This document shows, piece by piece, positions 28,479-38,700 of a stretch of DNA of 60,677 bases; within the stretch, counting starts at the first letter, position 1; each line of letters starts with the position of its first letter. Source of the stretch: an uncultured euryarchaeote (GTDB lineage Archaea; Thermoplasmatota; Poseidoniia; Poseidoniales; Poseidoniaceae); contig CAXDRT010000001.1 in NCBI GenBank assembly GCA_963991835.1, positions 1 to 60,677 on the forward strand, in the 5' to 3' direction. The notes beneath the pieces are model-generated. The model was not told where the DNA came from. It saw nothing but the letters and a program-made list of their open reading frames with translations, and made no database searches. A program made the position numbers and the translations under genes.

Positions 28479-28563
28479 CCAAGAATCTGCTTAGGTTATA
28501 ACTGAATGTTTTTTTTCTCAAAATATAACATAAGGCAGCAATGCTTTGTTAAGGGCTCGAGAA

Positions 28564-29814
28564 TCAACATGTTTCGTATGTCCGAGCATCCTGTCCACCA
28601 TCATTATCGTTGTATTGATCAAAATTAAGTTCCCAAGACATTCGAGATTCAACGACCTGTGCAGCGTCTGTATAGTATGAATTTGTAATCTTAACTTCAA
28701 ATGTGTAACATCCATCCCCATCATAGAAGTCGTCTTCGTGAAGGAAAAGAATACCATTCTCATCCGTTGAGGTGCCGCCCATTCTTAGCCAAGTGGTCAT
28801 TTCTCCATTCTTGAATTCTCCACCAGAGTTGTATGAAGCATCATATCCATCGACTGCCATAGTTGGATGGCTCCATTTCTTAGTGGTTCCTTTCAGAACA
28901 GAGAGTTCGAGTGTGTAATCTCCTTGAACGATTCCAAGAGTACCAGCATCCTCTTGACCAGTGGACATACTGTGAAGGCCACCATCTAGAGGCTCGTGAT
29001 CATCTGGCATAATTCCTGCAAGAACGTCAATGATTAGGCCATCGATGACAGTCGTGGTGGTTCCGGAGGTACCTGTGCCTGAGTTTTCGCTTGTCATGTG
29101 GTCTTGAATTTGCACACCTGCGTGAAGAACTTCTCGAGTTGTAAATCCAGAGTTGAGGTCAATAGTTGAAGAAGTGCCTTCCCCATCATCAACTACGAGT
29201 TGGTAATCGACCAAAGCTGAATCTGAACAGTAAATGCATGTTTCGCTATTACCTTCAAAGAAATCGTCAATAGAAATCTTGAATCGAGCACCGTTATCAC
29301 CAAGGGACTCAGAACCTGACCATACTTCCGTAGTCACTCCGCTCAAAGCAACGGTATTGATGGTTGCCGTAGCTTCATCGATACCTCCTCGAACCATGAA
29401 AGAAATTCGGTTCTCTTCTTCATCGTACTCCAGATCAGTTACTGCAAATGTCTCTGGAGCCCCGACAAAGAGCCCGATAGCATAAGGCCCTGTGGTTAGA
29501 AGAATTGCTAATACTGCAGCGATTCCCATCTTAACAGGATTTACTCCTTCTTCCGATAGAGCTTGGCCCCCAAACAATGCGCCAATTCCTAAAACAAGAA
29601 CGACAAGGACCACGATAAGTCCCCAAGAACCGCCTTGGAGTGAAAGTAGACCACCGATGACGATGACAACCCAGCCACCTGTTTTCAGCATGGTTGGTAT
29701 ATCGGGTCCGCCCCCTTCATGAACAGCAGGTGTAATACTGACTGATTCAGGCGTTTTGACTTCAGTTTCGGCTTTTTCTTCAGTAGCGTTAGCCTTGCTT
29801 AGTAGTCCACTCAT
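28564..29814 (-). CDS. hypothetical membrane protein (cytoplasmic N-terminus, 2-3 TM, large ectodomain)
   Basis: 416 aa. The hydrophobic segments are GGWVVIVIGGLLSL, WGLIVVLVVLVLGIGALFGG and MGIAAVLAILLTTGPYAIGLFVG. No family motif recognised. Confidence 0.5.
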   Translation of the reverse strand: MSGLLSKANATEEKAETEVKTPESVSITPAVHEGGGPDIPTMLKTGGWVVIVIGGLLSLQGGSWGLIVVLVVLVLGIGALFGGQALSEEGVNPVKMGIAAVLAILLTTGPYAIGLFVGAPETFAVTDLEYDEEENRISFMVRGGIDEATATINTVALSGVTTEVWSGSESLGDNGARFKISIDDFFEGNSETCIYCSDSALVDYQLVVDDGEGTSSTIDLNSGFTTREVLHAGVQIQDHMTSENSGTGTSGTTTTVIDGLIIDVLAGIMPDDHEPLDGGLHSMSTGQEDAGTLGIVQGDYTLELSVLKGTTKKWSHPTMAVDGYDASYNSGGEFKNGEMTTWLRMGGTSTDENGILFLHEDDFYDGDGCYTFEVKITNSYYTDAAQVVESRMSWELNFDQYNDNDGGQDARTYETC

Positions 29815-29859
29815 TTGCTCATCTCATATATTCGTCGCATGGGGAGGTTAAGAACCCAA

Positions 29860-29876
29860 CCCCGATACGTGCGGGG
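29860..29876 (-). terminator. GC-rich hairpin between two minus-strand genes (possible terminator or processing site)
   Basis: CCCCG-ATACGTG-CGGGG has a 5-bp stem and 7-nt loop. It lies 20 nt downstream of the 29896 stop. On the coding strand it is followed by TTGGGTTCTT, which is only weakly T-rich. Confidence 0.2.
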
Positions 29877-29895
29877 ATACGATGGTTTTCGGCAA

Positions 29896-30834
29896 TTATA
29901 ATCCAGGAGCGGCTTCTCGCCATTCCTCTTCTTCATCTTCGGATCCTAAGAACCGACGACCTGCCACTGCAGCCGCTAATGCAACCATAGAGAGAGCAGG
30001 AATGATTTCGAAGCCTGGTAAATATACACCACGGACGTAGATTGTTATCATCTGTGATTCACGGTCACATCCACCGTTCTTACAGGAGAAATCAGATTCT
30101 GCGTAGAAGTCGAGGGTGTGATAAGCATCAGTCCATCCTTGTGTCTTAGGTGTTCGAATCTGAATTCGAACCTTGGCAGGAGCAACCATTGGCTCGACGT
30201 TAACCTTGCTGATTGGGATGTTGATGTTGAATCCTGCATCTTCGAGTTGTTCTCGGGAGTTCTCCGAGATACCGACCTTCATGAAATCGAATTGATTTCC
30301 GAGATTGTAAACCTTGAATTCAAAGTCTTTGTCAGTCTTTGGCATCAGTTGAACGAAAGGCTCAACTGCTTCAACTTGGAGAAGAGCGAATTGAGTGATT
30401 GAAACAATCATCGAAGCACCTGATGTAGCAACGTTTGCTGGAGGCAATCCGCTGATCTCTTGGACACTGCCTTGAACAACCAAACTTCGAGCCTGCATTG
30501 TCATGAACGGTTGTGCACGGACAACAACTTGGAAGTCTTCTTCGCTGTTCCCACCGACATATATGTCACCAGGAGCAGCGGCAGCAAGCCCATCTGAGGT
30601 TACTGAGAGAGCAATCTTTTCGATGTAAGCAGTCGGGTTTGATGCAGTACAAGTTGTGAATCCAACGAGTGTGGAACCAGGCTTAACGTCAACCTTAATT
30701 TCGGCAGGAGCACATGTGATTGAGACCGCAGCAGTTGGAATTTGGGCTTGTGCAGGAACGGCAACAAGCAATAACGATGCTAGATATAGGGTCAAAACGC
30801 AAAGTGTTCTCTTAACTCCAGACATTGTGCTCAC
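29896..30834 (-). CDS. secreted surface protein with PGF-CTERM-like archaeosortase sorting signal
   Basis: 312 aa. Signal peptide is LCVLTLYLASLLLVAVPAQAQ. The C-terminus is LPGFEIIPALSMVALAAAVAGRR (nt 29953-30018), that is PGF + TM + RR, followed by an extra 18-aa acidic tail FLGSEDEEEEWREAAPGL. Confidence 0.55.
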   Translation of the reverse strand: MSTMSGVKRTLCVLTLYLASLLLVAVPAQAQIPTAAVSITCAPAEIKVDVKPGSTLVGFTTCTASNPTAYIEKIALSVTSDGLAAAAPGDIYVGGNSEEDFQVVVRAQPFMTMQARSLVVQGSVQEISGLPPANVATSGASMIVSITQFALLQVEAVEPFVQLMPKTDKDFEFKVYNLGNQFDFMKVGISENSREQLEDAGFNINIPISKVNVEPMVAPAKVRIQIRTPKTQGWTDAYHTLDFYAESDFSCKNGGCDRESQMITIYVRGVYLPGFEIIPALSMVALAAAVAGRRFLGSEDEEEEWREAAPGL

Positions 30835-30915
30835 TAACTCAAGCCACTATACCGACCCTCATAACCATTTTGCCGGGAAGTGTATGTTTGTAAGCAGAAT
30901 TGGGAAGGGAAAAAG

Positions 30916-30989
30916 TGGGCCCGAAGGGATTTGAACCCTTGACCGCCCGGTTATGAGCCGGGTGCTCTAACCAACTAAGCTACAGGCCC
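30916..30989 (-). tRNA. tRNA with CAT anticodon (elongator Met, or Ile2 if C34 is agmatidinylated); no encoded CCA
   Basis: The reverse complement folds as GGGCCTG TA GCTT AGTTGGTTA GAGC A CCCGG CTCATAA CCGGG CGGTC AAGGG TTCAAAT CCCTT CGGGCCC A. The cloverleaf is complete. G1-C72 argues against an archaeal initiator. Confidence 0.9.
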
Positions 30990-31014
30990 GATAGTGCATG
31001 CTGGGACATGAAGT

Positions 31015-32322
31015 TCATGAGTCTGCCGAATCAAACATTGCCAAAGATGACTGCGAGGGCATTGTTTTTGAACGCACCAATGCTTCACACTCATCACGAA
31101 TCTCTTGAGGAACGAAAACTAAGATCTGCTCATAGGATTGGGAAAGAGAACGAATGAGTGGTGAGTGCTCTGCTGCATCTCTTCCATCTTCAAGAATAAT
31201 CCCTTGCTCATAAGGCATGTAACCTCTTTTCCGAATTGAGGCAGTAATGAGATCATGTTCTGGATCAAATCCCGCGGCTTCTATGAATGCAGCAACCTCG
31301 GATTGTATGACATGAAACATCTCGGAAGTGAGTGAAGCGATTCGTAGTGATTTATGATAATCTCTACGGGCCATTAATCGAGAGGCATAATTGGAAAGGA
31401 TTACATCTGAATTTCTTGAGAAACGGCTCATGGCTACCTTCACGTGCGAATCATGAAGTTCAGCATACTGTTCAGCAGTGAGCGCTTCATTGAGCAACAT
31501 GTTTTCCACCTCCACGCCTAGGCTAAGTTTGCCCTGAGAGGCAAGAGTCCTAGCACGAGATAACATCCGCACGAGATAGGCTTGTGTTAGCATGTTTACT
31601 TTGTGGAAGTATACTTGATTGTACATATGATAACGCGTAACGAGATAGGCTTCAATTGCAGGCAGGCCCCATGATTTGACATAGAGGCGCCCTTGATCGT
31701 TTACTCTCATCGCTCGGATAACTCTGGCACTGTCAAATCCACCAATTTGGGCGCCAGTATTAGCCTGATCACGTATCATGTAATCCATTCTATCAACGTC
31801 TAATTGACTGCTTATGATTTCTTTCAAGAACGGTGCAATTGGCACGCCATCACATTCGCTCGCTCCATCTAGTATCGAAAAGAGGCGTTTTTTTCTCTCC
31901 TTCCCAAGGACTTCATCCAGCACTTGGCCGATTTCAGAGGAGGTGTCCTCCAGCATGACTCTGCCCCAGTGTTCATGGGAATGATATGTAGCAAAGACAT
32001 CTGGGGTTTCTAAAAGATGAGAATATGGAGGGTGTCCAATGTCATGAAGGAGAGCTCCTAATCGAACCAATTCTGCGTCATCATTCGACAATAATCCTGG
32101 TTGAACTTCTTGTAGGGAATCAGTCAACGCCCCTGCAAGATGATAGGCGCCGAGAGAATGGGCGAATCGTGTGTGAGTAGCAGAAGGGAATACAAATTCA
32201 CATGTTGAGAGTTGTTGCACGTTACGTAATCTCTGAATTTCATGTGTATCGATGATTCTGGCATGATGTGCAGGCACCAAGATATCACGATGAATTTCAT
32301 CGCGGATAACTCTGTCTCGCAT
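31015..32322 (-). CDS. HD-domain phosphohydrolase (dNTP triphosphohydrolase / SAMHD1-like, COG1078-type)
   Basis: 435 aa. The motifs are RFAHSLGAYHLA, LLHDIGHPPYSH and DVDRMDYMIRD. Confidence 0.85.
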   Translation of the reverse strand: MRDRVIRDEIHRDILVPAHHARIIDTHEIQRLRNVQQLSTCEFVFPSATHTRFAHSLGAYHLAGALTDSLQEVQPGLLSNDDAELVRLGALLHDIGHPPYSHLLETPDVFATYHSHEHWGRVMLEDTSSEIGQVLDEVLGKERKKRLFSILDGASECDGVPIAPFLKEIISSQLDVDRMDYMIRDQANTGAQIGGFDSARVIRAMRVNDQGRLYVKSWGLPAIEAYLVTRYHMYNQVYFHKVNMLTQAYLVRMLSRARTLASQGKLSLGVEVENMLLNEALTAEQYAELHDSHVKVAMSRFSRNSDVILSNYASRLMARRDYHKSLRIASLTSEMFHVIQSEVAAFIEAAGFDPEHDLITASIRKRGYMPYEQGIILEDGRDAAEHSPLIRSLSQSYEQILVFVPQEIRDECEALVRSKTMPSQSSLAMFDSADS

Positions 32323-32413
32323 AGTATGTCCTGCTCATTCGTTGCATTTCAAGGCATCTCCTCTCAGAGAGCCGAGGGGCAACGGCTATCCCCTGTAGGC
32401 TAAACCACTGACC

Positions 32414-34156
32414 ATGGCGGATGGTCTGAAGTCCTTTCTCGCTCGATTATCGACAGATGACCCCGAAACGAACGGACCCCGATTATGGGTCATGTTCGCC
32501 ATATCCCTCTTCTTGGTAGCCACGCTTAATTGGTATGCAATGGTTCGTGAACCATCGGTAGTCGAAATCGATGACTTGACAGAATACATCAACGAAGTGG
32601 TTAAAGTTGAAGGTACATTGATTTCTTGGGTTGAAGACCCCTACAATTCAGGAGATGATCGTCTTGATGCAATCATTGACGATGGTACTGGTGTTGTTGA
32701 ATTACGATGGTACCGGCCAGGAGACACCCCCCCAATCGGAACCAATGTTACAATCATAGGGGATGTCATCAATTACGAAGGAAGAATGTGGATACAAGCA
32801 CTTGGAGCGGGAGCTATGAGTTGGAAATCCTCAGACATCCCAGATGTACCTTGGTTAGCAATCTCAGATGTCGCAATTGATCCAGAAAAATTTGATGGAG
32901 AAATCGTTCAACTCACTGGGTTCATCTCGAAATCCATCGCTCCTGATGTGGCTTTTGGAAGCGCTAAACTCGGAGACCACCCCAATTATGGAAACTCTGA
33001 GCATCAAATCAGTATGACGATTCACTCTTCAACAGGACAGTGGATTGAAGCGGGCTCCAAAGTCACTGTTCAAGGTGTATTGTCCTATCAACAACGTGAA
33101 TTAAGTTGGAATCTAGGGGTTCAAGGGCCTGAAATTATGGTAGATCGAAATCATCCAATTGAGATTCCTTTGCTCGATTGGTCATCGCAATCAACATGGA
33201 TGTATCAATCTGGAAGGACCGTTGATGTCGCAGGTATGCTATCCATCGAAAACAGCACATGGGAGTTAACTGGTTCAGCAGGTTCACCACTATGTGTCAT
33301 ACCAAGTGAAGATGATGTATCGATGGCTGAAACATGGGAAGGAAAAGCAATCAAAATGCGAGGCCGACTCGTTTGGAATACTGCAATCTCATCTTGGTGC
33401 CTCGACAAGGGTGGTGAAGACAGTGAGTCTCTTACAGCCACATCCACGATAAACGATCTGCTCTTGATGCTCAGTGCAAACCCAATTGCTGCACTTAGTG
33501 ACCCAGACACTCATTACACGGTTGCAGCCTACATGAAGTACGCTGTTGAACCAAGTGTTGAAGATGAATCTGGTTACTTTGCAGACTCCGCTGGCTACAC
33601 ACCTGGTTGGACCAGTATTGCAGTAACTATTCCTGGACCTCGATCCACTTGGCTCGAGGCAGGTCAGTCAGTGATTGCAGATGTTACTGTTTCTTGGGAC
33701 GATGAAAATATGCGTGCAGAATTATTAATTCATGACCTTACAGAAGGCGATAAAATGAATCCAACAACACTCCTCTGGTCTGATGGGGCAACACAGTGGG
33801 GCTATGATAAAAACAAAGTTGTCCGATTAAACGGTCTTGCTATTGAAGAAAACGGGACGTGGTTCCTTTCCGAACCAGGAAGTGAAAAGAAGGTACGACT
33901 GAATGCTCTTGGAAACTCAATTGGTCTCGATGAACTCCACCTTGGAACGGCAATGACATGGGAAGGTCGTTTGCTTCAAGTCGAAGACAGTAAATCGATG
34001 GCAGTCATTTATTCATTGGAAAGTGCAGATGTTGATGACAGAGATAACGATGGACTAAGTGACACTCTTGAAAATGCATTTGGAACGAGTTCTTATTCAG
34101 AAGATTCCAATGGTGACGGGACCAGCGATCGTCAAGAATACATTGACCAACAGTAA
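32414..34156 (+). CDS. N-terminally anchored surface protein with four beta-barrel (possibly OB-fold-like) repeats and C-terminal thrombospondin type 3-like Ca-binding repeats
   Basis: 580 aa. The TM is LWVMFAISLFLVATLNWYAMV. Four similar modules recur (VVKVEGTLISWVED..., IVQLTGFISKSI..., GRTVDVAGMLSIENSTWELTG..., VVRLNGLAIEENGTWFLSE...). The C-terminus is DVDDRDNDGLSDTLENAF...DSNGDGTSDRQEY. The OB-fold call is weak and pattern-based. Confidence 0.5.
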   Translation: MADGLKSFLARLSTDDPETNGPRLWVMFAISLFLVATLNWYAMVREPSVVEIDDLTEYINEVVKVEGTLISWVEDPYNSGDDRLDAIIDDGTGVVELRWYRPGDTPPIGTNVTIIGDVINYEGRMWIQALGAGAMSWKSSDIPDVPWLAISDVAIDPEKFDGEIVQLTGFISKSIAPDVAFGSAKLGDHPNYGNSEHQISMTIHSSTGQWIEAGSKVTVQGVLSYQQRELSWNLGVQGPEIMVDRNHPIEIPLLDWSSQSTWMYQSGRTVDVAGMLSIENSTWELTGSAGSPLCVIPSEDDVSMAETWEGKAIKMRGRLVWNTAISSWCLDKGGEDSESLTATSTINDLLLMLSANPIAALSDPDTHYTVAAYMKYAVEPSVEDESGYFADSAGYTPGWTSIAVTIPGPRSTWLEAGQSVIADVTVSWDDENMRAELLIHDLTEGDKMNPTTLLWSDGATQWGYDKNKVVRLNGLAIEENGTWFLSEPGSEKKVRLNALGNSIGLDELHLGTAMTWEGRLLQVEDSKSMAVIYSLESADVDDRDNDGLSDTLENAFGTSSYSEDSNGDGTSDRQEYIDQQ

Positions 34157-34168
34157 TGGGGTGAACAG

Positions 34169-35671
34169 ATGATTGAAGCGTATTTCACTGATTTATGGTG
34201 GCTCCTAGGAGCCCTGTTCTTCGGTGTTTTCATGGGTTCTTTGACAGGACTCATTCCAGGTTTTCACGTCAACAATGTTGCTTTAATTCTGCTCGCATTA
34301 TCCCCTGCTCTTCTCGATTTAGGAATTCCACTTTCGGCAGTTGCTGCAATTATCGTTTCGACAGGAACGGTCCATACCTTCCTCAATTACATCCCTTCCG
34401 CACTTATTGGCGCACCTGATGGTGATACTGCGTTATCGCTTTTGCCTGGGCATAGGATGTTGTTAGCAGGTAATGCTGCACGTGGTGTTGCATGGTCAGC
34501 AAGAGGATCCCAACTTGGCCTCTTTCTTTCATTACCCCTCATCATCGTTGCAAGAATCGCATTCGGGCCTGAACTCAATTGGTATGACGGTATGCGAAGT
34601 TGGTTACCAGTGATTTTACTAACGATTTCTCTTCTCCTTCTCGCAACTGAAACGACTCGCCTCGATTGGCCGAAATGGGTTCAGAAACTTACATGGAAGA
34701 AACTTGGGAAGGATAGTCGCTTGGCAGGATTTTTTGCAGCAACGATCTTTTTCCTGCTTGCGGGATTGTATGGATGGGCAGTATTCGAACTTCCAGTTGA
34801 CAGCCCTGTAGGAATGCCTTCTCCATCCCTGCTTCTACCCAGTCTTGCAGGATTGTTTGGAATAGCAAATTTACTGGATATTTATGCCACAACAAGTCAC
34901 TTACCACCTCAACGTGAGAATTGGGACTTACCGCCTGTAAAACCTCTCATCGCTCCATGCTTCTGGTCAGCAGTAGCTGGGGCAAGTATGGGTGTATTAC
35001 CTGGAATGACTGCATCACAAGCAACAGTTTTGGTGATGGGTGGAAGAAACGTTGCGGCAAAGGTCCAAGGAAAAGAGGGGTATGGAATGGACTGGGAAAC
35101 CCGTCGCTTAACTGAACTTTCTGATGATGAGTTACTCGAAATCGCAATCGCAGAAGCTGAAGGCGGTCATGAAGGACCTCAAACCAAACAAGATTTGGAA
35201 GTCATTGCGATTCTCTCTGCAGTCAATACAGCAGTCACGGTCATGGTTCTTGGTTTCCTTTACATCATTGGAAGATCTCGTTCAGGTGCAACACTTGCTC
35301 TGAAAATGATGTATCCTATCGAAACATGGAATTCTACTGAACCCACAGCAGATTTCATCCGGTTACTCGCTGTTTGTCTCGCTGCTGGAATCATGGCAAT
35401 GCCGATTATGAAAATTGTCGGTAAAGGTATGTTGCGACTGCACGCTGCAATTCCATTGCAATCAATGGTCATGGGCGTCATTATTTTCGTTGCTGCTCTG
35501 GTTTGGCTTTCGACAGGTTTCGTTGGGATAGGGGTTCTCATTGTTGGGACCATCCTCGGAATGATGCCTCCGAGAATAGGCATACGCAGAAGCCACGGAA
35601 TGGGAATTATTCTTGTCCCAATTATGATTTACACATTCGCACAAATGGCTGATAACTTTGGATTCATCTGA
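34169..35671 (+). CDS. polytopic membrane protein, DUF112/TctA-family-like permease
   Basis: 500 aa with ~11-12 TM segments. The N-terminal GSLTGLIPGFHVNNVALILLAL resembles the TctA/DUF112 signature. A central hydrophilic insert reads ELSDDELLEIAIAEAEGGHEG. Confidence 0.5.
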   Translation: MIEAYFTDLWWLLGALFFGVFMGSLTGLIPGFHVNNVALILLALSPALLDLGIPLSAVAAIIVSTGTVHTFLNYIPSALIGAPDGDTALSLLPGHRMLLAGNAARGVAWSARGSQLGLFLSLPLIIVARIAFGPELNWYDGMRSWLPVILLTISLLLLATETTRLDWPKWVQKLTWKKLGKDSRLAGFFAATIFFLLAGLYGWAVFELPVDSPVGMPSPSLLLPSLAGLFGIANLLDIYATTSHLPPQRENWDLPPVKPLIAPCFWSAVAGASMGVLPGMTASQATVLVMGGRNVAAKVQGKEGYGMDWETRRLTELSDDELLEIAIAEAEGGHEGPQTKQDLEVIAILSAVNTAVTVMVLGFLYIIGRSRSGATLALKMMYPIETWNSTEPTADFIRLLAVCLAAGIMAMPIMKIVGKGMLRLHAAIPLQSMVMGVIIFVAALVWLSTGFVGIGVLIVGTILGMMPPRIGIRRSHGMGIILVPIMIYTFAQMADNFGFI

Positions 35672-35701
35672 TTTAGAGGAAAATACACCTCGCCAAAAGA
35701 T

Positions 35702-38700
35702 ATGAGGGGGATGACGTTAGGTGGACTTGTAGGTGACACCATGCGCGGCCAATCATACCTTTTACTCGCACTTCTTTTACTCGTACCATTCACACCATTT
35801 GTTGAACCTGTAGAGTCCACATCTGCTCGCAGTCAACCATGCGCTGGTGCTGTTTGTATCAACGAAGCATTGCCCAATCCAAACGGTCTTGATGATGCAA
35901 CCTATCCTGGCGGAGAATGGCTTGAAATCTACAACTCTGGAACAACAAGTGTTGATGTTCGTAACTGGTATTTTTCCAACAAGGCCTCAAAGACACTCAC
36001 TTTCGATGTAAACAGCATTGTAGACTATGATGCAAATAATGCTTCGACATATACAATTGCTCCAGGAGAATATATGGTCATCGCTCGAAACGGATATACC
36101 AATTTCTATGTCGCTAATTCAAATGATTTCATGACCCTCTACGATGGATCTGGGAATTGGATTGATGAAGCAACATGGAACTCCAGTTCATCTGGAGTCA
36201 GCCTTGAACAAGACCCATCCGATCCCTATGCTGATTGGATACCGACTTCAAATCCGACTCCAGGTTCTTCGAATACTGGAGGAGGAAGCACAGGACCTAC
36301 GTTTTACCCTAGCGAATTACAAATTAATGAGGTTATGGCAGATTCATGGCCAAGTCGAGATAATGCCTCTTGGCCAGGTGGCGAATGGGTAGAGTTGTAC
36401 AATAACGGAACTTCAACCATCAACATGTCTGGCTGGTGGTTGCAGGACCAAGCAGGTAACATGATTGAAATGGATTCAACCCACCTTGTAGGGGCAACCT
36501 CAGATTATGCGACCCACCTGATTTATCCTGGTGAAACACGAATTGTAGCAGTAAATGCAACATCGAGCAGTGGCGTGTTAAACAACGGCCAAGAAACTTT
36601 ACGTCTTTACCTTCCAAATGGAAGTATTGGAGATGAAGTCAGTTGGACAAGCAATGAGCCTGGATTTTCCATTGAGGAAAACCCTCTTGGCGGAATGTGG
36701 GTGATCTCAACATATCCAACACCAAATTCGACAAATATACCTCCTCTTGACACAATTTCAGCCACTGGATCTGTCGGATTCAATGAAATTATGCCAGTTT
36801 CTAATCATGATGGGAACGCATCACCTGAAGGTGAATGGATTGAATTATTGAATACTGGTACAACTGATATCGACCTCAATGGGTGGTCGATTATTGATGG
36901 AATGGGCAACCAAACATTCCTCGATCCAGGTTCAATTGCGGTCAACAGTTCTCAAGGAAGTACGACCATTCTCTCTGGAGAACGCAGGCTGATTGAATTT
37001 ACCACAGACACTCGTCTCTGGGACAATTACAACCATCTTATCTTACTCGACGCTTCATCGATGATTGTTGATGTAGCTTGGTACGCCACCAACTACGGAC
37101 CAAACATCTCTCTTCTCCGAAGCACAAACTACAATGATGCATGGTCTCCATCACTGTATCCAACACCTGGACAACCAGAACCAATTCCGACTGCAACAAC
37201 AGGTGATATTCGTATCACAGAACTACTCGCAGATGCTGTTGGTTCTGACTCTGAATCATACCCTGGTGGCGAATGGATTGAAATCCACAACTTTGGTTCT
37301 TCTGAAGTTGACGTTGCTGGATGGAGATTCTCAGCAGCAAATCGAAATCTGATGTTGCATCAATACAACATGCCAATGAAATCAACCACTATTCTAGCGC
37401 CTGGTGAAACAACTCTTATCGCACTCAATGGCACATCTCAATTCTACCTAAAACACACCACGCCTGATCAGATAAATCTCATTGATGGAAATGGAGCAAT
37501 CGCTCACTCAGCTCAATGGACAAGCACTCTGGAAGGAGGTTCGCTTATCAACAATACAGAAACGCATGCAGGTGCTGGACAATCTGGCCTCAATGCCCCA
37601 TCAACATCCCTCACATGGGGAGTAGATGATTGGGTCAACAGTGCATGGGCAACACCAGGAACTGCTAATCCAATATGGCCTGAATATACCAATTCTGAGT
37701 CGATCGTAATTACAGAAATTGCTTCATCATGTGACGACTCAACTTTCTCACCGGGTGCTGATTGGATTGAACTCCACAACACAGGCATAGAAAACATCAA
37801 CCTAAGTCGTTGGAGAGTGAGCGTGGATTACACCTCGAACCCACTCATGGGCCGACAATTTATCGATTCAACCATGCTCTGGAATCACGGAGAAAACAAT
37901 ACCACAGTTGAATCAGGTCAGCGAATTGTTGTTGAATTGACCTACGATATCTTCGGAGGTTCTCTTGAAGACAGTGGTGTTCTTGAAATTCTCAATCCCG
38001 ATGGAGAACTTGTTACAAGCGCAGCACCATCATCTGAATTCCTTGCAAGTAATTGTGTGACGTATGGATACAATGAAACAAATTCAGAATGGGTTGAGTT
38101 TGCATGGCCTACTCCTGGAACTGAAGAACCGGATGCTACAATGATTGCATCTCAGGATTCGATCAAGTTTACATCTGTCATGTGGGATGGTATCTCATCG
38201 ATTTCCACGGAATTAGAATTCTTCGAACTTACCAATAACGGAGAAGAAGCAGCAACACTCAGTGGCTGGAAAATTAAACGAACGGCCGCTGATAATACAG
38301 AATACACTGCTGATATCACGAATCTACAGATTGATGCAGGGTCTTCAGTAAAACTAACCAATGACGTCTCCGCTCTTACCTTGTATGAGGATGGAACAAT
38401 TCTCGACATGAATACTGTCATGAGTTCACCAATTTACCTTCTTGATAGCGGTATGGCATTGCAACTCATCCACCCAACCGGAGCAGTCGCGGATACCATC
38501 GTCTACGGCAATGGTCCTGTGGATGCGATTGGATGGTCAGGAGTTGCTTTATCAGAGCCAGTAAGCGGAATTGATAATCTGATTCTGTACAGAGGCGATG
38601 GGTGTGGAACAATCACCGATACCAACCAATCTGTTGATTGGCATCAACGATGGGGACGCCTTGGAGCAAGCGATTTCTGCACAGACCTTACGTTTTCAGA

